Assembly (NCBI RefSeq): GCF_902713615.1 | Contig: NW_024055815.1 | Location: forward strand, 186,001-250,000 | Source: Scyliorhinus canicula | Lineage: Eukaryota | Length of the DNA stretch: 64,000 nucleotides | Reading direction: 5' to 3' | Part shown: positions 24,451 to 37,087 of the stretch, piece after piece | How positions within the stretch are numbered: the first letter of the stretch is position 1 | How the letters are laid out: each line of letters opens with the position of its first letter | The notes under the pieces: generated by a model | The model's database searches: none | What the model was told of the DNA's origin: nothing | Seen by the model: only the letters and a program-made list of their open reading frames with translations | Position numbers and translations under genes: made by a program

Positions 24451-25829
24451 CATTCCTCTGTATTTTATATACCCATTGATAATGTCCTTTAATACTTGTT
24501 TTAATGACCGCGCTCTCAACTGTCCTATCCCCGTCAGTAATTTATCTACATATAAACAGGCCCCTCTGGTAAAAGCAAATTACTGCGAATGCTGGAATCT
24601 GAAACCAAAAGAGAAAATGCTGGAAAATCTCAGCAGGTCTGGCAGCATCTGTAAGGAGAGAAAAGAGCTGACGTTTTGAGTCCAGATGACCCTTTGTAAA
24701 AGCTCCCTCTGATCCTGCATTGCCTTTTGAATTATTCCCTTTATTTTCTTTTGTCTTTCTGCGGTCTGCAAGACATATGAATTACTTCAAACTTTACTGC
24801 ACTAACTTTAATCTGCCAATTTCCCACCCATTCCTGTGTTTGCTGTTTTGAAGTTGTACATTATCCTACGGATGGTTCGCAACACCGTCACATTGTGTAT
24901 CATTCGCAGATGTTAAAAATCTCCCCTATCAAACAAGGTCCAGGTCATTAATGTGTCATATATAAGGCCGCAATATAGATCCCCGGAAAATTCACCACAA
25001 CGTCCCTTCACTCCGAGAAACAGCTGATCCCTACAGCTAGTTGTTTCCTGGAAATTTCGTGTCCACCTTGCTACTGTCCATTTTACCTCAGGAGCTCCAT
25101 TATTGCTCACAAGGTGGCGCTGCAGCACGTTATCTAATGGCATTTGGAAGTTCATCAACAGCAATACTCAGATCAACCATCTTTGCTATTCAGCAGAAAA
25201 TTCAAGCAACTTAATTAAACATTATTTTCCCTTAATAAATCCTCGCACGGCTTAATGTATTACCAAAGCATTTCCACTGATGTACCAGGTCATAGCCTTC
25301 GCTGGTGGTCCCAAAATTTAAATTGTAGATTAATATGAGTTAAGGTCAGCGAAATTGCAAAGTGCCTCAATTGCTGTTAATTTATTTTTTTGATTATCTT
25401 ATTTGAAAGGAGGAATGTGATGCCATGGGAACCACACGTTGCAATGTGATGATTTGTGCAACTGAGTGGCCCTAACAATCTAAACCTGACGTGAGATTAA
25501 TCAAACTTACAATGCTGATTAATTATTCCACATGCTGAAAAGGAAATGAACATTTACTGCTCTGCAACGTGTTTCACATTCATTTCCGATCCACAATATC
25601 CAATCTTAACGCTTGAGCTTCCTTTCCTCCCAACGCCTTCCAACCTCATAGAATCATCGGATCTTTATAATGCAGAAGGCCATTCAGTCCATCGAATCAT
25701 CACCGACTCTCTGCTAAAGCAGTAAAATAAATCCTTGGGTGACATCTGGTGCAGGAATAATAGAGAAATTGCTGAACATAAAATAAAATGTGTGGTGTTC
25801 CTGCGTAATATAAGAAAACCAGAATCTTA

Positions 25830-26480
25830 GAAATATATAAAGTATGAGCCGGAATCGGATATTCGTTCCTTCGAGCCTGCTTCGTCATTCAAAAGTGTAT
25901 CGGGTGGTCCTCTATCTCGATTCCAGGCTCCAGCTCTGTCCCATACCCCTTGTCGGCTTTAGAGACGAGAACTTTATTCATTTCCTTCAGAAATATATTT
26001 GGTAATTTGCCCTCTGCAGCCACCTGTCGTAGATAATTCAGCATATTCAAAACCTTTGAGTGAAACCTTTCTCCTCATCTCTGTCCTAAATGGCTCACCC
26101 TGAGACCGTGACCTCTTGTTGGCCACTCCCTGAGAAAACATCTTCCCTGCATCCAGTCTGTCCAACCCTATCAGAATTTTATACTTCAACGAGATCGCCT
26201 CTCATTCTGCTAAACTCCAGGGAAATCAGGCCTGGTTCATCCAATCTGTCCTCACACGATAATCGTGCCATCCCAGGCATCATTCTGATGAACAGTCACT
26301 GCACTGCTTCCATGGAAAGCAGTTCCATTCTGAGGTAAGGAGTCTAAATCTGCTCCCAATATTCCAGGTGACGCCCAGCAATACCCTGTATATCTGCTGT
26401 AAGATAGCCTTGCTCCTGTTCGCAAGTCCTCTTGCAATTAAGGGCAACATACCACTTGCCCGCCAAACTGTTTGATGCAC
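25830..26480 (-). mobile_element. Old CR1 fragment
   Basis: ORFs 25974-26189, 26252-26437 and 26280-26486 carry CR1 RT tail motifs (KILIGLDRLDAGKMF). Confidence 0.75.
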
Positions 26481-26696
26481 CTGCATTCTTGTTTTCAGTG
26501 ATAGATTCCGCCAAAGATCACGTTAATTTAAAACATTCTGCAACTTTTGTCTGCAGGATTGCTCATAACAGTGAGCTAAGTTTCTGAACGAAGAAGCTGT
26601 GAGACGACGTTCATTGTTACGTCTGAATTGTACCAGTTGTTACATTGAGAACGCGTCAGTCAGTATTGGTTGTTGCAACGTGACAGGCGGTGGGAT

Positions 26697-26710
26697 GCGC
26701 CACCTGGTGG
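26697..26710 (-). promoter_or_regulatory. CTCF core motif
   Basis: Minus strand CCACCAGGTGGCGC matches the CTCF consensus; motif only, binding not shown. Confidence 0.45.
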
Positions 26711-28034
26711 CAGGTTTGAACGAATCTCTCTTCAAATTACGTCACAGACAGGGTAGTGGTCCCAGTTGTCCCGGGGCCTTGGTGTGTTGACCTCAGCAGA
26801 CAGCGCTGTCAGTCAGCTGCAGCCTATTCAATGTGAAAATTGTGATATTCTTTGGCGTATTCAGAAGAAAAGGAAACGAATGTTAACCTCTTTCGTTCCA
26901 TAGAAATGTATATGAAGTACGAACGTGGAAGCATTGTTCTGGGTCTGACAATAAAAGTAGAACAGAAAAGTTCACATTTGGAGGTTGAACAGATACAATA
27001 TAAACTCAGCGGATTGAGCTTCTGTTACTCACTGTCCGACCCGATCTCCAGGAACCACTCCTATTTGTGGTTAACCCACACAGCAGACTGAAAAATTAAT
27101 AGAAAGTTGATGGTTGCGTCGATATATTAGATTGATATATCAATCGATTGCTCGATAGATAGATACGTAGATAGACAGACAGATGGAATGAATATTAAAG
27201 CTGATAGCATTTTATCTTTTTCAAGAACCCGTCGGACGGGCGGACTAATGGAGAGACTGGGTGAACCAACCCGAACTTAATACAACTTATAACGTAATAC
27301 AAAGGATAGTCGCTTTTATAAATCGATCCTCACGGTTGATAGGAAACAAGTTCCGGGATGTTCATGCTGCTAACATGTGCAGTTTGATCGCTATGAATAT
27401 CCAACATGATATTACCGCACTGACACAACCTCAGGGATTTCCATCCCAGAAAGCTCGCTCTGACAAGTCCAAGGTTTTTGAAAGTGTCTCTGATGGAATT
27501 TTTCCTTTGTGTTTCTATGGCTGTGTTAATCTGGCTGCTTATTTACTTTAATGGTTGTCTGTGTGTCTGTTTGAGAGATCAGTTTGTGGGTCGATCACTG
27601 TGTTTACCTGTCTCCGTGTCTATGTTTGTGCTGATTCTGTGCTGTAAACGAGGCGGCTGGGAGATGGACATATTCACTTACTTTCACCATTAGCAACTCA
27701 GACTAATATGCACTCAAAAATCATGTCAACGAATGTTGGAATTTATTGCAGTGTCTGTGCATGTCTGGATGATGTTTTCGTACATGTCGTTGCACGTGGC
27801 CGTGTGTGTTTCCAATAGGCGGTTGTGCTGTCCCCAGGAGGGCGCTCTCTGATCACGTATCAAACATCACCGACCCGTTCCAGAGGAAGCGGCCGCTTTA
27901 AGACGTGTAGGTGGGAGGAGCGAAGAAATCGGATTCGAACTCATAACATCTCGCTAATTGTTTCATCTCCGCCAATTACAGGGCTGGTCCAGTCAGTGAT
28001 ACCTGTCTCTGTATCTGGAGTTCAGATTCGAACC

Positions 28035-28506
28035 ATGGGGCTGATACTCTACCTGTCTCTGGTTATTGTCCTGATGACAGGTTGGTTATATTGAACCTCT
28101 GTACTGAATCCTCCAATTCCCAAATGTGTTCTTATTTCCATCTTCGGGTGCTCATCCGCTTCACATTTCTCCTTCTAACCAGCTTTTCCTTTTCAGGGAT
28201 GAGTAAGGGAGACTCGGTGTCTCAGGAAGAACAACGAGTCGACGCAGAAGAGGGTGAAGATTCAGCCATACCCTGCAGTTATTCGGTATCGAGTTCAGCT
28301 GCAGGCTATTACTTCTTCTGGTATCGCCAGTATCCACACCGAGCTCCTCAGTATCTGCTCAGAGCCGATAGTTATGGGTTCAACGAGACGGCTCCCGGCT
28401 TTGAACGCTTCAGCGGGAAACTCAACCCGACACAAAGCACTTTTCACTTGTCCCTGACAGATTTGAAGATGACAGACAGCGCCGTGTATTATTGCGCACT
28501 GAGACC
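28035..28506 (+). CDS. TRAV: TCR alpha/delta V segment 1, intact (leader 28035-28080, V exon 28197-28506)
   Basis: MGLILYLSLVIVLMTG leader; C23, WYRQ, DSAVYYCALR; RSS CACAGTG-23-ACATAAACT at 28507-28545. Confidence 0.93.
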
Positions 28507-29258
28507 CACAGTGAATGAGGGCCCGGCGGGGCTCATACATAAACTGGCGCAATTTCCGTATCAAGTAAGCACAAGGAGTTGCATTGGTACAGATAATAAA
28601 CGGGACAATCCAGCTCCATCTGAATGGGTTTCCCTCAATGAGGTCAATGGTTCTCACTGTTGGGCCATTGGACATTTGACGGTCATTATACCCCAGAATC
28701 AAATTCCATAATTTCCCGATCCAATTTATATAAACCTGCCGATCCCGGAGGATCATTTCATCAATCTGTATTTGTGAAACTTCTTGATCAGGTGGTAATC
28801 TACCATGCAGCACTTTTTAAAAGTGTTCAAATTCAGAGTTGTCACTGTTTATATTTCCTGGGGTACAAGTGATGACTGACTGAAATCAGTACTTTACCGG
28901 TACAAGAGACCCCCAGTGGAAGCGCATCTTGGTGTAGAGTTGGATGACTATTTATCCCGGGTACCTTTAAAACAGTAATTATTAATTATGTTCGTGCACT
29001 GAATGGCCTCGTTAATATCTGTGTGTGAGACTGATATTAAAATATTTATTTTATCTTTCACATTTTTGGGGAGGAATATCTACCTCAGGAAAGATGTGAA
29101 AGTTGAGGTCGAAGGAAAACGATTTCAACCGAGCAAGTGACAGAATGACGGCAATGTGAGGAAGGGAGCGAGAAAGACAAACACACAGCCAGGGATGGAA
29201 TGTGATTGGAGAGAACCCGCATTAATAAACGCTCACCTGACAGTGATTGGCCCTCAGC

Positions 29259-29266
29259 TGACGTCA
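29259..29266. promoter_or_regulatory. CRE site in V2 promoter
   Basis: TGACGTCA about 170 bp upstream of the V2 ATG, flanked by CCAAT boxes; CRE elements are known in TCR V promoters. Confidence 0.55.
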
Positions 29267-29431
29267 GAGCTGAGAGACCAGCCAATCGTAGTACTGACAA
29301 ACGTCCCTCAGTTTCCCAAGAATTGATCTGCGTTTACTCTTTGCCACTGGTCTGGGTTTGCACTTTGATATGAGACTACAAGCAGCAACATATTTGAAAC
29401 AGTGTCGCTTTTTACTGTTCAATCAGGAACC

Positions 29432-29869
29432 ATGTGCTCCCTGTGTGATTTACTGATAATAATGGTCTTGCTGCCCGGTGAGTCTGAGCTCAAATCCTCC
29501 TCCTGTGTTTCATGGGTTATATTTACTCACAGATTTCTGACACATTCTATATGTTGTTGCAGGAACCAGCGGCCAAGATTCGGTTTCCCAGGATCCGCCT
29601 GAATTAACGGTTCAGGAAGGACAGACAGCAATATTGAACTGCAGTTACAAAGCAAAATATACTGGCGAGACTCTCTTCTGGTACATCCAGTATCCAGGGG
29701 AAGCTCCGAGATATCTACTGAAGAAATATAGTGCGGGGAAGGGAGAAAGGTCTTCAGATTTCCCTGACCGGTTTTCTGCTGATTTAGACAAGGATAAGAA
29801 AACGATTCCTTTAAATATCACCGGGGTCCGTGTCTCTGACTCTGCCGTGTATCTCTGTGCTCTGAGCCC
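29432..29869 (+). CDS. TRAV: TCR alpha/delta V segment 2, intact (leader 29432-29477, V exon 29563-29869)
   Basis: LNCSY, WYIQ, DSAVYLCALS; RSS CACACTG-23-ACAAAAACC at 29870-29908. Confidence 0.93.
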
Positions 29870-30651
29870 CACACTGTTACAGAGGGACTCTCAACCCGTA
29901 CAAAAACCGGTAAAGCACTCTCACCTCAATTCACTGAATTAGATCTTTCACCTGGATTGTGAACTGTTTATGTAAACAAAGCAATATTATAAAGAGCAGC
30001 TAGCCCTAATTATTTCTTTCTGTAGTGCTGAACGTGTATCATTGTCTGCTAAATCCCTTTTTATAGTAGTTTCTGTGCTTTGCGAGCAGCTCTCCAAATG
30101 CCACCGTCATGACAACACTAAATAGCATCCATCTGTGCCCTGTCTCAAAGATACGCTCAATAATAGGACCAACATTCGCTTTCACGCCCTTTCTGTGTCA
30201 CAGAGAGCGACAGTTGTTCGTCGTTTAGTTGTTTCGAGACCTATGTTGGATTTGGCGATATTCGGGGAAATAAGGGAGATGAGGGTGGTGCAGGAAATTA
30301 GATTCCAGGTCGAACAACTATGATCTGTACAATTGCAGAGCACCCCCATGTGAAGGGGCAAATCGTCCACTGCAGATCCTGCTCCTCATCATCTGATGTT
30401 CTTGTGTTCAGTTCATTGTTCTGAAAACAGGTGCAAGTGGTTCCGGGCTCCTCGCTCTGACGTAACAAAGAAACGGATCTAATTGGATGAAATGTCGGAC
30501 ACAGGAGCTTTGAGCTGATTGGGTGTCTCCTGCTGACTCTGTCGGGAATGAACCAATCGGTAGTGAGGCCGGATATTACTCACATCTTCTGAACTCTGGA
30601 CTGCAACAATTCAGCTGCAACTCACAGTTCAAACCACTACCATCTCTGAAC

Positions 30652-31190
30652 ATGTTGAGATGCCTGTTACATTTTCATCAGAGCTGCAACTCACTTAACT
30701 GGTAAGTTCCCAAGGGGCACAATTTCCAGACAGCTCGCGATACTTACATTGTGATCCACCCTTAACTGTAATATATACAATTCCATGATTTCATGATTTC
30801 TAACAAAGTAATACAAAGTTTAAGCTCGGATTTCTATTTTTCGCAGGTACTATCGGTGCAGATATGGTTTCACAGGAACCTGTTACAGCGACAAAGTTTG
30901 AAGGAGAATTGATTACTATTGATTTCAGCTATTCGACCACAGCTGGTACATATTATTTGCAATTGTACCGTCAGGACCGGGACGAAGCCCCCATATTCTT
31001 GATCTACATTCCTAATTACGGAGATGTTTCCAGAGCAGTGGGCGTGGGGAGTCGATTTTCTGCATCTTTGGACAGTTCGAGGAGTGAGGGTAATTTCAAC
31101 ATCCGGGAACTGTTGCTGTCTGACAGCGCGGTGTAGTACTGCGGACTGAGAGACAGTGACAGCAACCAGAGGGAGTCTGGTACAAAATCA
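30652..31190 (+). pseudogene. TCR V segment 3 pseudogene
   Basis: Leader frameshift; V exon from 30847 with C23F, W41L and a TAG in YYC; RSS GACAGTG-23-ACAAAATCA at 31152-31190. Confidence 0.88.
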
Positions 31191-32464
31191 CTGTCGCAGT
31201 GTGACACTGTGAATGGAACTGGGTACAGATTGGGAGATAAACCTGCAGATTTTTCTCATTTGAAAATATTGAAATAAGTATAAAGCCGAAAGTAATAGTG
31301 CTGCATTGGGAAAGTTCTGTTCCATTCCATTCACATTAAATACATTCTAGACAGAATGAAAAGAAATATTTGGAGCATTTGTATCATTTTGTAATTGAAC
31401 AATGTCGCGAAAGAAATGTTGAAAACAATACTTAACGATGTGATGTAGCGGTTACAGGAAGTAACACAACAAGTAAATGCAGCCGCAATAGCAGGCATAC
31501 AAGCTGGATTCAAAAACAGCTTCTTCCCCGCTGTTACCAGACTTCTGAATGACCCTCTTATGAACTGAACTGTCCTTGTGTGGCGACATGGAGATTTTCA
31601 CAGTAACTCCATTGCATTGTTAATGTAAGCCTACTTGTGACACTAATAAAGATTATTAATATTATTATTATACTACACTGCGTATGCTCACCCGATGTCT
31701 GTGCCTATAGATTTATATTGTGCATCTATCGTATATCCTGTTTTTCATTAATGCAACAATCTGACTGGACTGTACGCAGAACAATATTTTTCATTCTACC
31801 TCGGCACTTGTGACACTAAAATCCAAATCCAAAGCTGCAGAACATGTAGTGAAGAAAATGTTCTGGTTATTCTTCCATTAACCCGTTTTTCCGACCATTC
31901 GGTGACCATTCCGCTACCGAAAACGTACAACGCCTGACCTCACAGTTTACTATATTATTTTCATTGGCTTCTAATCATGTCCTGAAAATACCGCTTTATA
32001 ACTGTTCATGTGACTGTTCATTCTTAGTTTTAATATTCGTTAGTGTATTTAACATTGAGAGGAATTTTATCAGCCTATTCTATTAATTGGGAGTTTCCTC
32101 ACCATGCTGGATTCGGTTTACATTACAGCCTGATGTCACAAACAGAAAAGTCTTTGCTCTCACTCGGAGTTTTTTTTCCTCATCAGAGGTGCACGGATAT
32201 CAATAGTTCCAGACCCACGGGTGGCAGTACTCGCAATGGTGGTAGCGATTCTCCGAGACTCGAAATGAACAGCAGCAAGTTCCTCCCTCTCACAGTTAAA
32301 GCAACAATCAGACTGAATCAGTATTCAATGCGAACCATTTTAGGCGGCGTTGCTATGGATTGTGCTGTAGTTTATGTGCACGAGAATCTATTAACTTGTC
32401 AGTAGCCGATCTGCTGTTTAAAAACTCTTCAACAGACAGCAGCTGTGACCCAGAAACTTGCGGC

Positions 32465-32980
32465 AGTTTTTGCTCGAGACTTTCACTCGCTCCCATCACT
32501 GCGACACTCTGTGCACAGTAACAGACCGCGGTGTCAGACAGCCGCAGCTCCGAGATTGTCAAGGGGTACAACTTGTCCGACTGTTGCACTAAATCGAAAA
32601 ATAATTTCGGCGCGAAATCCGCCTTAAGTGAATCCCTGCCGTCTCGTGCCTCCTGGCAGCAACCCCAGGCTGTCTGTCAGGGAACTGACGGTGACGGAAT
32701 AAGTAAAATGCATCGTCGGTATAAGTGCAGGTTAAAGTGACATCTTCCCCTGTGTCTGTGCGAGTTAGGATTCCCGCTGAGTCACAGAATCTCCATTGCT
32801 AAGAGCTGGAGCACACGGTTATAGAAAGCGGAAATCATTGCTTAAAAATTCAACTGAACTGACAGTAAAAACTCGCAGACTGTTCTATAAAATGAAATGG
32901 AATTTATACTCCTGAAAAGAACATCTGACTCAGTACCGAGATGCTCACACTTTCTACCAATATCCTCTAACCAGCTTCAT
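32465..32980 (-). pseudogene. TCR V segment 4 pseudogene
   Basis: V exon 32504-32805 (DSVTQRES*, VTLTCTY, LTISELRLSDTAVCYCAQ) with stops and frameshifts; RSS CGCAGTG-23-GCAAAAACT; leader placement uncertain. Confidence 0.85.
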
Positions 32981-33329
32981 CCAACTCGAAGATAGCCTTC
33001 CAAACCCTCCTGCCTCCTTGGCCCCTTAAATGCATCAATTCGCCTCTGTCACTACCTGTGATGGACATTTCCATATTCTAACCTCTACTAGGTGAAGACA
33101 TTTCTCGGGAATTCCCGGATCTGCAATTCATCCGAGAGGCAGTTTGATTTCTAATTGAGTGTCTCAGAGTTCCGGTGAGTATATTTTGCCTGATGCGTCT
33201 GCTCCCTCCTTCCTGGAACACATTGTTTGGTGAAGTTGTTGACATGGCAGACTGGGAGAAAATGAATGTTCCACATTCTGCACTTTCCTCTGTTTTAATA
33301 AATTTAAAGTACACAATTCATTTTGATTT

Positions 33330-33515
33330 CAATCCAGGGGCAATTTAGCGTGGCCAATCCACTTACCCTGCACATCTTTGTATTCGTGGGGGTGAGATCC
33401 ACACAGACACAGGGAGACCGCTGAAACTGAACATGGACAGTGACCCGAGACCGAGGATCAAACGCGGCTCCTCAGCACCGTGAGGTAGCAGTGCTAACCA
33501 CTGCGCCACCGTGAC
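33330..33515 (-). mobile_element. HE1-like SINE
   Basis: cacggtggcgcagtggttagcactgctacc head on the minus strand. Confidence 0.8.
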
Positions 33516-33914
33516 GCTCCCATTCTGCGCTTTCCTGACACGGGGGAGAAGGAGAGAGAGGTTCCGAGACACAGAGGAAAGAGATTGGCACACAGACATA
33601 CTTAACGATTGAAAGAGCCAGACAAACATCGAGAAGAACAAAGGACGCAGAAAAAGACACAGTGCAATCTAGAGAAAGAGTTAGTCACTGAGCTGACACT
33701 AATACTGAGTGTTAGCCAATTGCTGACAGGGAGCACATGTGTTCACTTGCGTGATCAGCAGCAATGAGAAGCCAGCCAATCCTACCATTGGGCCACGCCC
33801 CTTAGTTGCCCAATAAATGAAATCTGCCTTTGAATTTCCTTTTTCATGTCAGACTATAAGAGTTAACATGTTTTAACAATTCTGTGACTTCTGTGAAATT
33901 CTAAAGCAGCAACC

Positions 33915-34338
33915 ATGTTCTCTCGATGTTCTTTTCTAATACTGTTGTTCTTGATGCCCGGTGAGTCTATGTTCAAATGGTCACTGTCTGTTTCCAGCGT
34001 TCGTTCCCAGGTATTAAATAGATTCTGTAATTTGTTGCAGGAACAAATGGCAAAGATGAAGTGTTCCAGGATCCCCCTGAATTAACAGTTCTGGAAGGAC
34101 GGGCAATAACACTGGGCTGCAGCTACTCGACAATTGGTGCTCCAACTCTGTTCTGGTACATCCAGTCTCCCGGAGAAGCTCCGAAATATGTATTCAAGAT
34201 ATATAGCTCAGGAGCTACGTCTCAAGATTTGCCAGCCAGGTTCTCGGCTATTTTAAACAAAGAAAACAAAACGGTTCCTTTAAATATCGCCGCGGCGCTT
34301 CTCTCCGACACCGCCGTGTATTTCTGTGCCTTGCAGCC
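33915..34338 (+). CDS. TRAV: TCR alpha/delta V segment 5, intact, same family as V2 (leader 33915-33960, V exon 34041-34338)
   Basis: LGCSY, WYIQ, DTAVYFCALQ; RSS CACACTG-24-ACAAAAACC at 34339-34378. Confidence 0.92.
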
Positions 34339-35537
34339 CACACTGATGCAGAGAAATAGTGGAGCCTGTACAAAAACCCCAGCGTGAGAGTTCCAGTTAT
34401 TGTCAGCAGTTGCGCTCGCACTGAAAACATTAACCAAAACTGAACCTGCGAGGGTCATTATTAAGATTTGAGAACAAAAAACAACACCCAACAATAACGT
34501 AAGCAGCAGCTGAGGAATGTTATTAGTTAGTTTTTTAACTTGCAGCTATACTGTAAATTAATTTCACAAACCAATTTATGGTGCGTTCACCCACTTTCTG
34601 CCTTTTTGTGATCTTGTCCTGTCTTTCGGAATCAATGTGAAATCCATTCTCCATTCACGCTCTCTTTCTGGGTCTCTTCGACCACAGCCGGCACATAGTG
34701 CCTATTTGGCTAGAGTATTTTGCTGGTAACAAGCCAAAAGCTCAGAATTACCTCAATGTTTATTTACAAATGTTTATTTGAATGTTTTCTGACACAATTC
34801 ACAGCCTAATTCTTCCGCCTGACAATAACCAGATGACCGGGGCCATTCCTACCCCGTGCCTAACGGTGAAACCTGTATTCTTATAAAAATACTGACTAGA
34901 TCTCTGTTATGGTTGTTTAGATTCACTGACAGCCTGTTCCCCAAGTCCAGATGCTAAAGCACCATTGGGCCACGGTGGAACAGCGGTTAGCTCTGCAAAA
35001 AGCAGCTGAGACGGACCTACAGTTTGTAACACAGTCGCTGGAAAACGTCCCTTAGTCGCCAGATAAGTGAAATCTGTTTCTGATCTGCGTTTAATAACAA
35101 GGATTCTTTTTCTGCTGAAGTCTACATTAGACACCGTGTTCTCTCCAGGGCCGTTTCTGATAATGGCCATGCTGCTTGGTAAGACTATGTTCAAAGGGAC
35201 ATTGTTTATTCCATGTGTTAGTATCCATCCCAGACTCTGACACAGCCTGTGTTCTTTTGCCGCAACAAGTAACACAGACTCACTACTCCTGGGTCGCCTA
35301 CTACTGTTGGAACATCAATATTCAGGGTAGGCTCCGAAATAATTGCTGTGGTGATATAACTCGGATCATGGAGATAAGTCTCAGGGTTTCCGAGACCGGC
35401 TTTCTGTTCAGGTGGACAAGGATAAAGACATCAATGCAAATGTGTCTTACATAAACATGTCAGTTTTGTTCACTGCGAGCACGGAAATAGACTTTCGCAG
35501 TTAGAGGCATCAAAAACATTCAGCCGAGAAGAAAGGA

Positions 35538-36105
35538 GGTCTTTGTACGACTTCTTGTCTTGTATCAGACACTGTGCCTCACTGAACAGTAATAAACCGC
35601 TCCGTCTCCACATTCAGGGCGCTTATGTTCAGGTAACCAGACTTTGTAGACTAATCATCAGTCGCCAGATATCGTCCTGAGATTTTATCTTTCTTCAGTA
35701 CTGCTACAGTACTTTGTAAATTATGCAAATTGGAGGATGTGCCTGTTTCTGCCGATACCACTGCATGGTGTTTATACCCTGATCTGTATACTCGCAAATT
35801 AACTGCGCCGAACGCTCTTCTAACACAGTTAATGTCACTGGAGACTGAGTCAATGCACATAATCCGCCTGTGAAAGTCGATGAACAAAAGAGCCCGAGAT
35901 TAAATAGAGTCAAGCGAAACGTGTGTCTATCGAGACGTAAGTGTGTAAACTCTCATTTGCCAAGCTACACATAACATGTATATATCTTATCGTTAACGAT
36001 ATTAATGTTGAGTGCAAACTCTTTGCAATCAATATGCTAAACTGTCACGATGAACCTAATCGTATACTGACCGTCCCAGAGCGTCGCCAGTATTATTAGA
36101 AACAT
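35538..36105 (-). pseudogene. TCR V segment 6 pseudogene
   Basis: Leader 36072-36105, V exon 35577-35867 (LICEY, WYRQ, GAVYYCSV) with two frameshifts and a TAG; RSS CACAGTG-23-ACAAAGACC. Confidence 0.88.
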
Positions 36106-36568
36106 GTCTGATTAAATTTCTCAGTGAATGGGAATGAAATGAGTCAGAGAATGAGAAAGAGAGAGGGATCCCAGGCTCTGTTCAACACTGTTCCAGCCAC
36201 AGGGGGTCAGGCCTATTGTGACATCACTCAGGATACCATCATGTTTGGACTTTAACCAGGTTGTTGTCAGACTTCTTACTGCTCGCCCAGGGCGACGCCA
36301 GCATCTCCACGTCCCTATTGGCTTTGGCATTGATCTGTCGTGACTTTCTAATCAGCATACTGCTGCCTGCCTCCCTCTGCTGACGGATTCTCTTCAATCC
36401 AATGTATAACTACTGAGTGGGTTTATTGAAATACACATCAAAACAGAAATGTTAAATATTGTCTCTCAAAAACCTAAATAGATGACGAAACGCAATCTTC
36501 ATTTTTCTGCACAAAGAATCAGCTGTCCCACCCACTGAGTTAAAGCGCACGCAAAAGCTCTGAATTCA

Positions 36569-36632
36569 TAGCCAGCCAGGAGTGGAACCTGGAATATGTT
36601 GTCAGAAGCGATATCCATTGTGCCACTGGGCC
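36569..36632 (-). pseudogene. tRNA-Arg (ACG-family) pseudogene with deletion
   Basis: GGCCCAGTGGCACAATGGATATCGCTTCTGAC...ATTCCAGGTTCCACTCCTGGCTGGCT; anticodon-arm 3' side and variable loop missing. Confidence 0.75.
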
Positions 36633-36726
36633 ACAGCGATGCGCGCCATTGGCTATTCCTCGTTGATTGAGACCAATTACGAGATTGAGGTAATATTCAG
36701 CAAAACACAAACTTGGAAGCACGAGG

Positions 36727-36799
36727 TGTTTCTGCCTGGTTTTGAAAAGGGGACCTTTCGCGTGTGAGGCGAATGTGATAAGCACTACACTACAGAAAC
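36727..36799 (-). pseudogene. tRNA-Val(CAC) pseudogene
   Basis: Full length, but B box GGTTCG is changed to TTTTCA. Confidence 0.85.
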
Positions 36800-37087
36800 A
36801 GCTGGCAGGCAATGGACGTGTACAATGTACAACGTCACTGTGTTGCTGCAGATTGTAATAGTGAGGCTGAGAGGCCACGTCACTTATTCCAAGACGACAG
36901 CTGTTTCTTTAAAAAAAACAGATGTTTCAACATATAAAACCATGAGGTGTAGAAATTATATCGAAATTAACATAAGTTATATTTTGCTTAATGTCGGTCT
37001 TAAATTTGTGCTCTTTGGTCTCGAGGTCTGGTTCTCGTTTAGGGATTTTTAATCAATGCCTATGGGAGTGGTCGTGGGTTTAAATCC

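Noticed and set aside
27562-27600. Possible extra RSS (CACAGTG on the minus strand)
   Set aside because: No acceptable nonamer at 12 or 23 nt and no adjacent V, D or J coding sequence.
28082-28711. 209-aa ORF as a single-exon Ig-domain protein
   Set aside because: It is the V1 exon with read-through into intron and post-RSS sequence; leader exon and splice sites explain it.
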